Below are positions 1 to 8,994 of a stretch of DNA of 29,767 nt, one piece after another. The position numbers and the translations under genes were made by a program. The notes under the pieces are model-generated. The model worked only from the letters and a program-made list of their open reading frames with translations. It was not told where the DNA came from and did not search any database. Origin of the DNA: a virus (Duplodnaviria > Caudoviricetes); the IMG/VR virus record IMGVR_UViG_3300034061_001266, positions 1-29,767 of that record. The stretch is one strand, 5' to 3'. Every line of letters begins with the position of its first letter. Position 1 is the first letter of the stretch.

Positions 1-542
1 AGGATACCTTGATGTTAAGGAGGGTACTTCATTCCCTTTGACATTTCAGGTAGGAGACATCAGAGATATAAGTCAAAGGAAAGGTAACTTTTCTAAGACT
101 ATTGTATTGGTAGGTAGTAAGAATAACAATAACCTGCTCAACCACTACTACGATGTGAACATCCAAGCAGGCACCTTTGACATCAATGCAGTGACTACCT
201 GCTCAGTTATTCAGGATGGAATACCAGTCATGGAGAACGCTAGCCTACAGCTCACAGCCATTAAAAAGGTACAGCTCACTGAGCAATACGAAGAGCATGT
301 GGAGTATGAGGTATTGATTAAAGAAAGCAAAGCAGATTTCTTTACAGCCATCAATAACCTTGAGCTAACCGATATAGATTTTAGTGACCTCAATCACACA
401 TACGATGCATTCAATGTGGTGAACAGGTTTACCAACACTGAGGTGGATGGCTTCAAGTACTTCCTCCCTGGTAGTGGGGATGCGTTCTACAGCACTCAGG
501 AGTTCAAGCCTGCTATCTTTGCTAAGACTTACTTTGACCGTA
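1..542. repeat. Left copy of diverged terminal direct repeat (circular overlap)
   Basis: Aligns without gaps to 29226-29767 (offset 29225). About 33 substitutions by manual count in 1-427; 428-542 is identical. Confidence 0.97.
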
Positions 543-2692
543 TCTTTGCTGACTCAGGGTTTACATACAATTGGCCTACTCTAAGCAATACTAAGTTTGA
601 CAAGCTCATCATTCCATACAACGGAGGTATAGATAACTTTGATTATTTAGACTATGTGGTGCGAGCAGAGAAGACTACACCTAGTACGGTGGTATCACCT
701 CTATCACTTACTCCTACCACAGGTACCTATACATTCACAGGACTAACTGAGATAGAGGACCCTCAGAATATCTTTGACCCGGTAACAGGTGTGTATACTA
801 CACCATTCAACATAAGCTCAGCCAATGCTCAGTACTATGAGATAAAGATATTGGTTAATTTTAGTCTTGACATTATTTGTCCTGCAGGCAATGTATCAGT
901 TGGTACACCTACATTCTACCTGAACTTTTTTAATGCACCATACAACGTAACATCGGTATCACCTTTTTACAATGGACCAGGTGCACCTGGAACAGGTACG
1001 ACCAACATAACTACGGACACATTAATAGTAACAATACAGGCTAGCGACCCCAACATATTACCACAGCTCACTGCATTGACTAGCAATGTGCAGGCTATCT
1101 TTAACACTGCAGGAGGTTACTATATCTTACCGTATCAATTGAGCCTAACCATTAACTCGGCAGATATAACAATCACCCCGAGCAGTAACATTGTGGCCAT
1201 TGGTGGTACCATTGATGTGAATGACTACGTGCCTAAAAAGATTAAACAGAATGAATTTGTTAAGGCTATATTTAACATGTTCAACCTGTATGCTGAGGTA
1301 GATAAGTCACAGCCTAATCAGCTCAACCTAATCCATAGGGATGACTACTATGATGCAGGTAAAGAGGTAGATTGGACATACAAGCTAGCCAAGGATAAAG
1401 AACAGTCACTGTCATTCTTACCTGAGCTAACAAGTAAGAAAGTAATACTCACATACAAGGCAGATAAGGATGGTCCTAATACGATCTACACAAATGCTAC
1501 TAATCAAATCTACGGACAGGCAGAGGTTATCTTTGACAACGAGTATGTCAAGGATGTAACTACTAAGGATGTATTGTTCAGCCCTACACCAATCATTGAT
1601 ACAGTCTTTGGTGCATACGTGCCAATGATTGCAGGAGCACAGCCTGATGTTAACATCCGTATCTTGTATGACTCTACAGCTGAGGTAGGACTAACCACGT
1701 GCCAAGCGTTTAATATCTATGACTACGGTACAACGGGTATGACAGGTGTAACTACTTACCCATACGTAGGACATTTTGATGACCCACTCAATCCTACATG
1801 GGATTTGAACTATGCAACGTGTGCATACTACTACTACATGCCAAGTACCTTAACACAGAACAATCTGTACAACAGGTATTGGAGACGTACCATGGGGCAG
1901 ATTAATAGTGGTAAGATGTTGACTGCATTCTTTAATCTCAAGGAGTCTGACATCCAACCATTAGAGCTCAATGATAAGATTAGGATTGACAATAGTTGGT
2001 GGAACATTAACAAGGTTATTGATTACAATGCTAATGCTAATCAGCTCACTCAGGTAGAACTTATCAGCATAGACACTGAGGTGCAGTTCATGCCCTTTGC
2101 TACAGGCTCCCCCTCCCCAGGTGTGGGTACCGGTAGTGTAGGACCAATCACTCAGGTGGCCAATGATACTATCATCAAGACTAAGACTGCCAACAGTAAC
2201 ATCGTACCTAACAGCACCTCAGGAGTGGTAACCGGTAAGGGTAACAATGTTAGCCCTGGGCTTAAGGTGGTAGTAGTAGCAGATGATGCTACGATTGATG
2301 AGGATGGTATCTACACTGATAACCTAGTGGTGTATGGTAAGGTGAACGGGATACCTGTTGACCCTCCCTACTACAGATACACAGCCATACTTAATCAATC
2401 AGGAACAGCTAACCCTACAGCAGATGTCAAAGAGTCTAGCTTTGGAGATATAGTATGGACTAGACAAAACCAAGGTGAGTATGAGGGAGCTATACAAAAT
2501 TGGGACTTAGGTGCTATCCTAGGCAGTGAGCTAACGGTCATGATTAACAACGTTAACTTTGACGGGGTGATCAGTGCTCAGTATGTGCCATCAAATAACA
2601 CTATAGATATATTAACCACTCAGATAGGAGTAGGCTTTGTAGATAACTACCTAGTCAACACTACTATTGAGATAAGATATTACAAGCCATAA
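38..2692 (+). CDS. Large tail tip/baseplate-hub-like structural protein, 5' truncated by the window start (true start at 29203, about 904 aa when circularised)
   Basis: Frame is open from position 2. The repeat copy shows ATG at 29203 (MVRIQLATGYLDVKEGTSFPLTFQ...). Thr/Ser/Asn/Gly-rich, lies between another tail gene and the tape measure. Confidence 0.7.
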   Translation: MTFQVGDIRDISQRKGNFSKTIVLVGSKNNNNLLNHYYDVNIQAGTFDINAVTTCSVIQDGIPVMENASLQLTAIKKVQLTEQYEEHVEYEVLIKESKADFFTAINNLELTDIDFSDLNHTYDAFNVVNRFTNTEVDGFKYFLPGSGDAFYSTQEFKPAIFAKTYFDRIFADSGFTYNWPTLSNTKFDKLIIPYNGGIDNFDYLDYVVRAEKTTPSTVVSPLSLTPTTGTYTFTGLTEIEDPQNIFDPVTGVYTTPFNISSANAQYYEIKILVNFSLDIICPAGNVSVGTPTFYLNFFNAPYNVTSVSPFYNGPGAPGTGTTNITTDTLIVTIQASDPNILPQLTALTSNVQAIFNTAGGYYILPYQLSLTINSADITITPSSNIVAIGGTIDVNDYVPKKIKQNEFVKAIFNMFNLYAEVDKSQPNQLNLIHRDDYYDAGKEVDWTYKLAKDKEQSLSFLPELTSKKVILTYKADKDGPNTIYTNATNQIYGQAEVIFDNEYVKDVTTKDVLFSPTPIIDTVFGAYVPMIAGAQPDVNIRILYDSTAEVGLTTCQAFNIYDYGTTGMTGVTTYPYVGHFDDPLNPTWDLNYATCAYYYYMPSTLTQNNLYNRYWRRTMGQINSGKMLTAFFNLKESDIQPLELNDKIRIDNSWWNINKVIDYNANANQLTQVELISIDTEVQFMPFATGSPSPGVGTGSVGPITQVANDTIIKTKTANSNIVPNSTSGVVTGKGNNVSPGLKVVVVADDATIDEDGIYTDNLVVYGKVNGIPVDPPYYRYTAILNQSGTANPTADVKESSFGDIVWTRQNQGEYEGAIQNWDLGAILGSELTVMINNVNFDGVISAQYVPSNNTIDILTTQIGVGFVDNYLVNTTIEIRYYKP

Positions 2693-2693
2693 C

Positions 2694-4895
2694 ATGAATG
2701 AAGTAGAAATACCATTAAAACTTGGCGGCATTGGCGCCATCAAGGCGGAATTAAAATCATTAAAGGGTGCCATTGCTGAAGCAACTGACCCTGCAGATAT
2801 TGCCAGGTTATCACAACGAGCAGGTGAACTTAAGGACCAACTATCCGATGCCAATGAGGCAGTGAATACCTTTGCTACAGGCTCTAAGTTTGAGCAGGTC
2901 AGTAACTCATTAGGTGGTATCAAGGACTCATTGCTTAGCTTAGACTTTGAAGAGGCACAGCAGAAAGCTAATGTGTTTAAGAATGTAATAGGTGGCATTG
3001 ACCCTAAGATGATAGCAGGAGGGTTTAAGTCCTTGACAGGGGTTATCATGACCATGGGTAGTGCATTCGTTTCATTAGGTGCAACCATTCTAGCTAACCC
3101 TATCTTTTTATTGGTGGCTGTGATTGTGGCTATTGTTGCTGCCATTGTTATCTTTCTCCACAAGATAGGGGTGCTACAGAAAGTACTTGACTTTTTAATG
3201 ATACCTGTCAATGCATTGATTGATGGCCTCAAAGCATTAGGTGATTACCTAGGGTTGACTAGCTTTGCTGCCGATGAGAATGCGGAGAAGATGGCTAAGG
3301 CTAATGAGAAAACAGCAGAGAGTTCTAAGAAACGAGCTGATAAAATATCTGAGGGCTACGACCAAGAGATAGCCATGGCTAAGATAGCCGGCAAGGATAC
3401 CACACAGCTAGAGCTTGACAAGTCAAGAGCACTGGAGAAAGAGTCTATCAAGAGAAAGGCGGCAGCTAAGAAAGCACTTGAGGCAATGAGGCACCAAGAG
3501 GGTGAAGAGGCAACTAAGAAAAGAGCTGAATTAAGAAAGCAGATTGAGGATGAGAATAAAATTATTAGAGGTGGTGTCAATGAACGCAAGAGAATTAAGG
3601 CTCAAGAGTTAGCGGATGAGAAAGAGGCTGAAAAGAAAGCAGGAGATGAGGCAGCAGCTGCAGCAGAAAAGGCTAGGGAGAAAGCTAAGCAGAACGCTAA
3701 GAATAGACTTGACAATGCAAGGACTCTAAGAGACTTTGAACTATCACAAATTAAGGATGCAAATGCAAGAGAGGTAGCTATCGTAAATGAGAAGTATGCC
3801 AGGTTAATGAATGACCTTAAGAATGATGCTAACAAAACAGCAGAAGAGAAAGCTAAGTTCAATGCAATGTTCTTAACGCAACAACAACAGGAACTTGATA
3901 AGCTTGCAGCAGATAAGACTAAGACTGAACAGGACAACTTAAAGAAAGGCAATGACATCATAGCTGATTTACAGCTCCAACTAATGGAGGAGGGAACTGA
4001 GAAAGAGTTAGCCATGACTAAGGCAAAGTATGACAAGCTAAGAGCTCAGACCTTGGCAGATACCACGCTAACGGAGGAGCAGAAGAAAACATTGACTCAA
4101 CTATACAACGATCAGGAGGAGGCAGAAAATCAGAAGCGTGCAGATGCTAAGTTAAAACAACAAGATGCCTTAGCTAAAACATTGGCAGATGCAGAACTTA
4201 CTGAGGACCAAAAGAAACTGCAGGCCCTTGAAACTAAATACGCTGAGGAATACAAACTAGCAGAGGGTAATGCTGCACTCCAATTGGCTCTTTTTAATAA
4301 ACTAGAAAAGGATAAGGAAAAGCTAGCAAATGATGCAGCCCTAGCTCAAATTGAAGCTGACCAAAAAGCAAGGGATGCAAGGCTACAAATAGCTGCAGAT
4401 ATTGCCAATGGTATTAATACTGTAGGTGCTGCATTTATCAAGGACCAAAAGAAACTAGAGAAATTTAACAAGGCAAATGCATTGATACAGATAGGTATTG
4501 ATACAGGTAAAGCCATCTCATCCCTCGTGGCTGCATCAAATGCTAACCCATTGAATGCTCCTACCGCAGGTGCTGCAGGGATTGCTCAGTTTGCTACCGG
4601 TATCATACAGATTGCTACCAACATTGCCAAGGCAAAGCAGATACTAACATCAGGTGGCACCCCTACATCAGGTGGTGGTGGTGGTAGTACAGGTGGTGGT
4701 GGTGAAAGTGCCAACGTAGCACAGCAAGTACCACAAGCTGCACAGCTCTTTGGCTCGGCTAATGCTGGAGGCACAATGAGTGCAGGAGGTACTACCAATG
4801 AAAGCTCCATGACTGTTACCGCTGTAGTGTCTGAGACTCAAGTAACCAACGTACAGAATAAGATAAACAAGATTAACAAAAACGCTGAATTATAA
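2694..4895 (+). CDS. Tail tape measure protein
   Basis: 733 aa, rich in Ala/Lys/Glu coiled-coil sequence, hydrophobic stretch (ILANPIFLLVAVIVAIVAAIVIFL), Gly-rich C-terminal region, located in tail module. Confidence 0.85.
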   Translation: MNEVEIPLKLGGIGAIKAELKSLKGAIAEATDPADIARLSQRAGELKDQLSDANEAVNTFATGSKFEQVSNSLGGIKDSLLSLDFEEAQQKANVFKNVIGGIDPKMIAGGFKSLTGVIMTMGSAFVSLGATILANPIFLLVAVIVAIVAAIVIFLHKIGVLQKVLDFLMIPVNALIDGLKALGDYLGLTSFAADENAEKMAKANEKTAESSKKRADKISEGYDQEIAMAKIAGKDTTQLELDKSRALEKESIKRKAAAKKALEAMRHQEGEEATKKRAELRKQIEDENKIIRGGVNERKRIKAQELADEKEAEKKAGDEAAAAAEKAREKAKQNAKNRLDNARTLRDFELSQIKDANAREVAIVNEKYARLMNDLKNDANKTAEEKAKFNAMFLTQQQQELDKLAADKTKTEQDNLKKGNDIIADLQLQLMEEGTEKELAMTKAKYDKLRAQTLADTTLTEEQKKTLTQLYNDQEEAENQKRADAKLKQQDALAKTLADAELTEDQKKLQALETKYAEEYKLAEGNAALQLALFNKLEKDKEKLANDAALAQIEADQKARDARLQIAADIANGINTVGAAFIKDQKKLEKFNKANALIQIGIDTGKAISSLVAASNANPLNAPTAGAAGIAQFATGIIQIATNIAKAKQILTSGGTPTSGGGGGSTGGGGESANVAQQVPQAAQLFGSANAGGTMSAGGTTNESSMTVTAVVSETQVTNVQNKINKINKNAEL

Positions 4896-5332
4896 TGAAC
4901 TCACTACAAGCAATCATCGATCACATTGAGCAGTTCTATAACAATCACCTCCAGGTTAAAAAGGTGGGGAGTGATTTCAAGGAACAGCTATTTAACTTCG
5001 CTACTAAGGATGAGAAATATCCTATTGTTTTTATTGTGCCGGTAACTGTTAACCCTGCAGATAACACCTCAGAGTTTAACTTTGACATCTACTGCTTTGA
5101 CATCATTCAAAAAGATAGGGCTAACATCATTACAATCCTTAGTGATACACAGCAGATATTGAATGACCTTTATGTTTACTTCACCTACAGCAATGACTAT
5201 AGCTTTGATGTGATTGGTACACCTAACTTCCAACCTTTGAACAATGATCTACTTGACTACGCTGCAGGCTATGTCATGAATATAACCTTAACGGTTAATG
5301 ATTGGACCAACTGTGCTGTGCCTTTACAATAA
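4895..5332 (+). CDS. Putative tail completion/terminator protein
   Basis: 145 aa, translationally coupled (TAATG) to the tape measure. Size and pattern (YPIVFIVP...FNFDIYCFD) fit a tail terminator fold; inference only. Confidence 0.5.
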   Translation: MNSLQAIIDHIEQFYNNHLQVKKVGSDFKEQLFNFATKDEKYPIVFIVPVTVNPADNTSEFNFDIYCFDIIQKDRANIITILSDTQQILNDLYVYFTYSNDYSFDVIGTPNFQPLNNDLLDYAAGYVMNITLTVNDWTNCAVPLQ

Positions 5333-5361
5333 ACATTTTGGAGGGTTAAAGTAATATAGGT
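5332..5361 (+). promoter_or_regulatory. Putative phage late promoter (AACA-N16-TAATATAGGT) abutting ATG 5362
   Basis: AACA at 5332-5335, TAATATAGGT at 5352-5361. One of five copies. Confidence 0.8.
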
Positions 5362-6141
5362 ATGAGTTCATCTAATTGGTGGGGAGATTGGAGGCCTAAC
5401 CTCACACCTCACACAGGAAATTTACAGCCAACTGATTTGATAGAGTGCACTTCTATCTCATCTTTAGGAGTACCTACTAACACAGCCATTACAGGTGCTC
5501 AGATAATTGCAGCAGCATCGGGTGGTAGTGCAACCTGGGGAGGTATCACAGGAACGCTATCTAGTCAAACAGATTTACAGACTGCCTTGAATGCTAAGCA
5601 GGCTACCCTTGTTAGTGGCACAAACATCAAGACTGTTAATGGTAACTCATTGGTTGGTAGTGGGAATGTGAACATAGGTCCTAGATTATTAGGATGGAGT
5701 GGTTACCTAGGTACAACAACATCCGGTACAGCTATTACTGTATGTCACTCACTATTGATACCTGCCAATACTTTAAGCCTTAACAATATACTCCAGGTAC
5801 AATTTAGAATGTTTCGACAAAGTGGTAACGTAGGACAGTTATACGGTAGGATATACTTCAATACTACCAATAGCCTAACCGGTGCTACTTTATTCAATAC
5901 TACATTCACCATGAATGGGGGAGGCTCGCAGTATGTTGGATTAGTTGAAAGGAATTTTGGATACAATGGTACTGTATTAAGCAGTTATTCAAATACTGCA
6001 TTTTCTGATTACACTACAGGGGTAGCTCTTAACGTATCATTCAACTATGCTGTAAATAATTACATCCTATTTACTATGCAATGCCAAAATATTGCGGATG
6101 TTGCTAACATAAATTTATTCAAAGTCTTTGCGTATGTTTAG
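5362..6141 (+). CDS. Putative tail fibre/receptor-binding or other virion appendage protein
   Basis: 259 aa, Gly/Thr/Ser/Asn-rich. Fibre-like linker WGGITGTLSSQTDLQTALNAKQATLVSGTNIKTVNG followed by a beta-rich C-terminal domain. Confidence 0.6.
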   Translation: MSSSNWWGDWRPNLTPHTGNLQPTDLIECTSISSLGVPTNTAITGAQIIAAASGGSATWGGITGTLSSQTDLQTALNAKQATLVSGTNIKTVNGNSLVGSGNVNIGPRLLGWSGYLGTTTSGTAITVCHSLLIPANTLSLNNILQVQFRMFRQSGNVGQLYGRIYFNTTNSLTGATLFNTTFTMNGGGSQYVGLVERNFGYNGTVLSSYSNTAFSDYTTGVALNVSFNYAVNNYILFTMQCQNIADVANINLFKVFAYV

Positions 6142-6277
6142 TATTAACGGAATAGAGTACACAATAACAGGACCCATTGAGGTGATTAGTGATACTCAGC
6201 TGCATGTTGAAACTGATAAGGGTATCATTCTAGTGGATGATACAATGGAAATTTATAAAGCATTAACAAATGGCTAG
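6134..6277 (+). CDS. Small hypothetical protein (47 aa), possible fibre chaperone
   Basis: Read manually: MFSINGIEYTITGPIEVISDTQLHVETDKGIILVDDTMEIYKALTNG. Fills the gap and overlaps both neighbours by 8 nt. Confidence 0.65.
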   Translation: MFSINGIEYTITGPIEVISDTQLHVETDKGIILVDDTMEIYKALTNG

Positions 6278-6740
6278 ATACGCAAACACAGGGGAGTTCA
6301 ATGTGCTATATCCTACTAGGAGAAAGATGGCTACCATCCTCAAGAGAATAATTAGAAACGAGGTAGTAGATGGTGAGGGTACACTTGTAGAAAGTGTGCG
6401 TATCAATGCCAAGGTAACAGGCTTCCAAAAACTTGAGATACAAATAGTGGCCATGTACTACTTTATCTTCCTGAATAATGGGGTGCCACAAACAGCTAAT
6501 GCCTATGGGCCGAATGGTGGCTCAATTGCTCCTAGAGATTTCGTTGCACAATTTACAGATGCAATGATGGAGGCAGGACTTATTGCTGAAATCTATCGGC
6601 AGTACACTGAATGGATTACAAAAAAGTATCCATTGGTCCAAGCAGTTGAGGTGCTTGAGAAACAGTACAAACTTGTGTACACATTTGAAGCTCTTGACCC
6701 TCCTGCAGGCTTCACTCCTGGCTTCCCATTAGATGTCTAA
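6270..6740 (+). CDS. Putative neck/tail-completion (virion morphogenesis) protein
   Basis: 156 aa. The pattern D.GTL..S.R...Y..FL..G resembles HK97 gp10-like morphogenesis proteins; inference. Confidence 0.45.
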   Translation: MARYANTGEFNVLYPTRRKMATILKRIIRNEVVDGEGTLVESVRINAKVTGFQKLEIQIVAMYYFIFLNNGVPQTANAYGPNGGSIAPRDFVAQFTDAMMEAGLIAEIYRQYTEWITKKYPLVQAVEVLEKQYKLVYTFEALDPPAGFTPGFPLDV

Positions 6741-7469
6741 CTCTTTCTTCATAGACAAAACATTGAACACATAGATGAGTGGTAGGGCACCAACCTTATC
6801 ACTCTTTGTAATGTCCCCATTGGTCAACCCGTAGATGGTTTGCTCCCATGACCATTTAGCTTGAGCCTGTTCTTTCTCAATTTCTTTGACCTCTTCAGGG
6901 TCCATCTCCCTGCGTTCCTCATCACTTAGATCCTCATCAAGGTCACCACTAAATAAGTTCTCATACTTTTTAAGAAAGTCCTCCCTGTACTTCATGAACT
7001 CATGCACAATTCCATACACATCTGTGATTGGTAGGTCATGAAATTTCTCTGCTCTAATGTTGCAGTCAAACTCATACGGCTCAAGGACCTCATCCCCCCA
7101 TTCATTCAACTTGCTGTGCCGGTAGCAGATAGCACATACCTTGTCAAGATTAGTAATGTAGTTATCACCAAAGAAATAGTCCAGGTCTATGTACTCGTAG
7201 AGGGTTAGCTTGTTGAATGGTTTGAACTTCATGCCTAGCAGTTCATGCTTGTATCTTTTGGATGGCTCGGAGGTACACCACTTGGCCTCTGCTACAAGTT
7301 CTGCCAACTCATCCACATCCATATCCTCAATGACCTCAATGGGCTCATCTGATAAAATAGAGAGAGCCTCACTGTTGTAGTGGTAGGCTCCCTGTTCTCT
7401 ATCTATGCCACTAAATTCAATGAACTGCTCAAGCGTTACTTGGCTCCAATTCTGAGGTAGCTTGATCAT
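6729..7469 (-). CDS. Hypothetical protein, possible tail assembly chaperone (paralog B)
   Basis: 246 aa acidic ORF. N-terminus LPQNWSQVTLEQF resembles the upstream gene. Confidence 0.55.
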   Translation of the reverse strand: MIKLPQNWSQVTLEQFIEFSGIDREQGAYHYNSEALSILSDEPIEVIEDMDVDELAELVAEAKWCTSEPSKRYKHELLGMKFKPFNKLTLYEYIDLDYFFGDNYITNLDKVCAICYRHSKLNEWGDEVLEPYEFDCNIRAEKFHDLPITDVYGIVHEFMKYREDFLKKYENLFSGDLDEDLSDEERREMDPEEVKEIEKEQAQAKWSWEQTIYGLTNGDITKSDKVGALPLIYVFNVLSMKKELDI

Positions 7470-7977
7470 TGGCTTGCTGTCCTATTTTTTGTGCGATAAA
7501 CATAACGTAAGGAATAGAGATAGCTGCATTCAGTTTTCTAATGAGCTTTGCTTTCTGCTTGATGTGTGCATCTGTGTAGTGTTCAGTTGGTGTTAGGTCC
7601 TCCCGTTTGAACATGACTGCTAACATCTCGGAGATATATCCTTTCTCTTTTTTCAGTGTTATCTTTTCAATCAGTTTAGTATCTCTTACAGTTAACTTCA
7701 TTTGTGCCTTGTACACGTATCCATCAATCTCAAGCTCTTCTACTGTTGGATATTCTTTGCGTTCTGCAGAGTTAAAATCTTTTACCATCCCCACAAAATC
7801 AGCAACATCATAATCCCAAAACTCACTTTCAGGAATGCCCAGGTATGCAAACACTTGGAGGTGCTTATCAATGGGGTCAAGTTCCTGATTGTTATTGATA
7901 TCAGTGATGGCTTCGAACTGCTCAATGGTCAGCTCTTCTAGTTGGTTGGGAATCTCCCTGTTTAAGATAGTTATCAT
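7429..7977 (-). CDS. Hypothetical protein, possible tail assembly chaperone (paralog A)
   Basis: 182 aa, IPNQLEELTIEQF motif. A-rich leader AAAAATTAAAAC before the ATG, preceded by TATATTTG. Confidence 0.55.
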   Translation of the reverse strand: MITILNREIPNQLEELTIEQFEAITDINNNQELDPIDKHLQVFAYLGIPESEFWDYDVADFVGMVKDFNSAERKEYPTVEELEIDGYVYKAQMKLTVRDTKLIEKITLKKEKGYISEMLAVMFKREDLTPTEHYTDAHIKQKAKLIRKLNAAISIPYVMFIAQKIGQQANDQATSELEPSNA

Positions 7978-7990
7978 GTTTTAATTTTTG

Positions 7991-8019
7991 AACAAATATA
8001 GAGTTTTTTTAATATAGGT
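7991..8019 (+). promoter_or_regulatory. Putative phage late promoter (AACA-N15-TAATATAGGT) before ATG 8022
   Basis: AACA at 7991-7994, TAATATAGGT at 8010-8019, then AG-ATG. Confidence 0.8.
7993..8000 (-). promoter_or_regulatory. Bacteroidota housekeeping-sigma -7 element (TATATTTG) for the minus-strand gene pair
   Basis: Plus-strand CAAATATA is TATATTTG on the minus strand, 15 nt upstream of ATG 7977. No well-spaced -33 TTTG seen. Confidence 0.6.
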
Positions 8020-8021
8020 AG

Positions 8022-8990
8022 ATGGCAAAAAAGAATATCCCTACCTATCAAATCACTATCGACCCAGCATACGCTGAAAATGGTGAGGACCTTGGCATTG
8101 AGCAAATAGCTTTTACAGCTACACCTGCAATCAAAGTTAAGGGGATGGCATTCAGTTCTCAAGCTAAGCCTTTATTTTTTTCGGATGAATTAAAATACCG
8201 TATCACTGCACCTGCTTTGATACCTATGGAGATTTACCGCTTTGATGAGGATAGCAAAGAGGAGTACAATGTCAAGTTCACTAAGGAAGAGATTGAGCTA
8301 ATCCATGGCAAGTTCATGAAGCAGATGGTTAACCGAGATTTGTTTAATCTTGAGCATGACCAATCTAAGACTGTACCTGCCTATGTCCTTGAGGCATGGA
8401 TAGTTGACACTCCAATGGAGGACAAAGCCTATTCATCATTTGGTATTGAGGTACCGGAGGGTACTCTTATGGTTACTGCTCAGGTAACGGATAAGGAATA
8501 CTATGCAGAACTAGTTAGCCAAGAGCAGATTGGTTTCAGCATAGAGGGATACCTTGGGATGAAGCTTAAAGAGCAACAAACAAACAATATACAAATGAAC
8601 AAATTACCTGATGGAGAGCATCTAATCGAGGGTAAAATCTATGTCGTAGTTGACGGAGAGGTTACTGAGATACGTGATGCTGAAGTAGTGGAGGCCTCTG
8701 AAGAGGTAGCCCTAGAAGATACTGTTGTCGAAGAGACAGTAACAGCAGAAATTCCTGCAGAGGAAGAGACAATGGCGGTTGACCCTGTAGTTGATGCAGA
8801 GGCAATCCTTGCTATTGTTAAGCCTGTAATGGATGAGCAAATGAATGCTTTACTTGCTATGATAGCTGACCTTAAAAACCAATTAGAGGAAGTTCTATCT
8901 GCTGAGGTAGAGGATGAGGTGGTGAGTGAGGCTGTGGCCATGAGTGCACAGCAACGTTTTTCTAGTGTAAACAAATTTATAAACAAATAA
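8022..8990 (+). CDS. Prohead protease (XkdF/S78-like) with C-terminal acidic scaffold domain
   Basis: Motifs APALIP, FNLEH, VPEGT, GFSIEG; very Glu-rich C-terminal third; directly upstream of the capsid gene. Confidence 0.8.
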   Translation: MAKKNIPTYQITIDPAYAENGEDLGIEQIAFTATPAIKVKGMAFSSQAKPLFFSDELKYRITAPALIPMEIYRFDEDSKEEYNVKFTKEEIELIHGKFMKQMVNRDLFNLEHDQSKTVPAYVLEAWIVDTPMEDKAYSSFGIEVPEGTLMVTAQVTDKEYYAELVSQEQIGFSIEGYLGMKLKEQQTNNIQMNKLPDGEHLIEGKIYVVVDGEVTEIRDAEVVEASEEVALEDTVVEETVTAEIPAEEETMAVDPVVDAEAILAIVKPVMDEQMNALLAMIADLKNQLEEVLSAEVEDEVVSEAVAMSAQQRFSSVNKFINK

Positions 8991-8994
8991 AACC

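Noticed and set aside
1-542. Diversity-generating retroelement TR/VR pair
   Set aside because: Differences from 29226-29767 are not adenine-specific (many C/T third-position changes), are mostly synonymous, and no reverse transcriptase is present.
4672-4703. GGT trinucleotide runs
   Set aside because: They simply encode the Gly-rich linker of the tape measure protein.
7429-7500. Programmed -1 frameshift joining the two minus-strand genes
   Set aside because: The second ORF is in the +1 frame relative to the first, the A-run (CAA AAA ATA) is not an in-frame X XXY YYZ heptamer, and the second gene has its own ATG.
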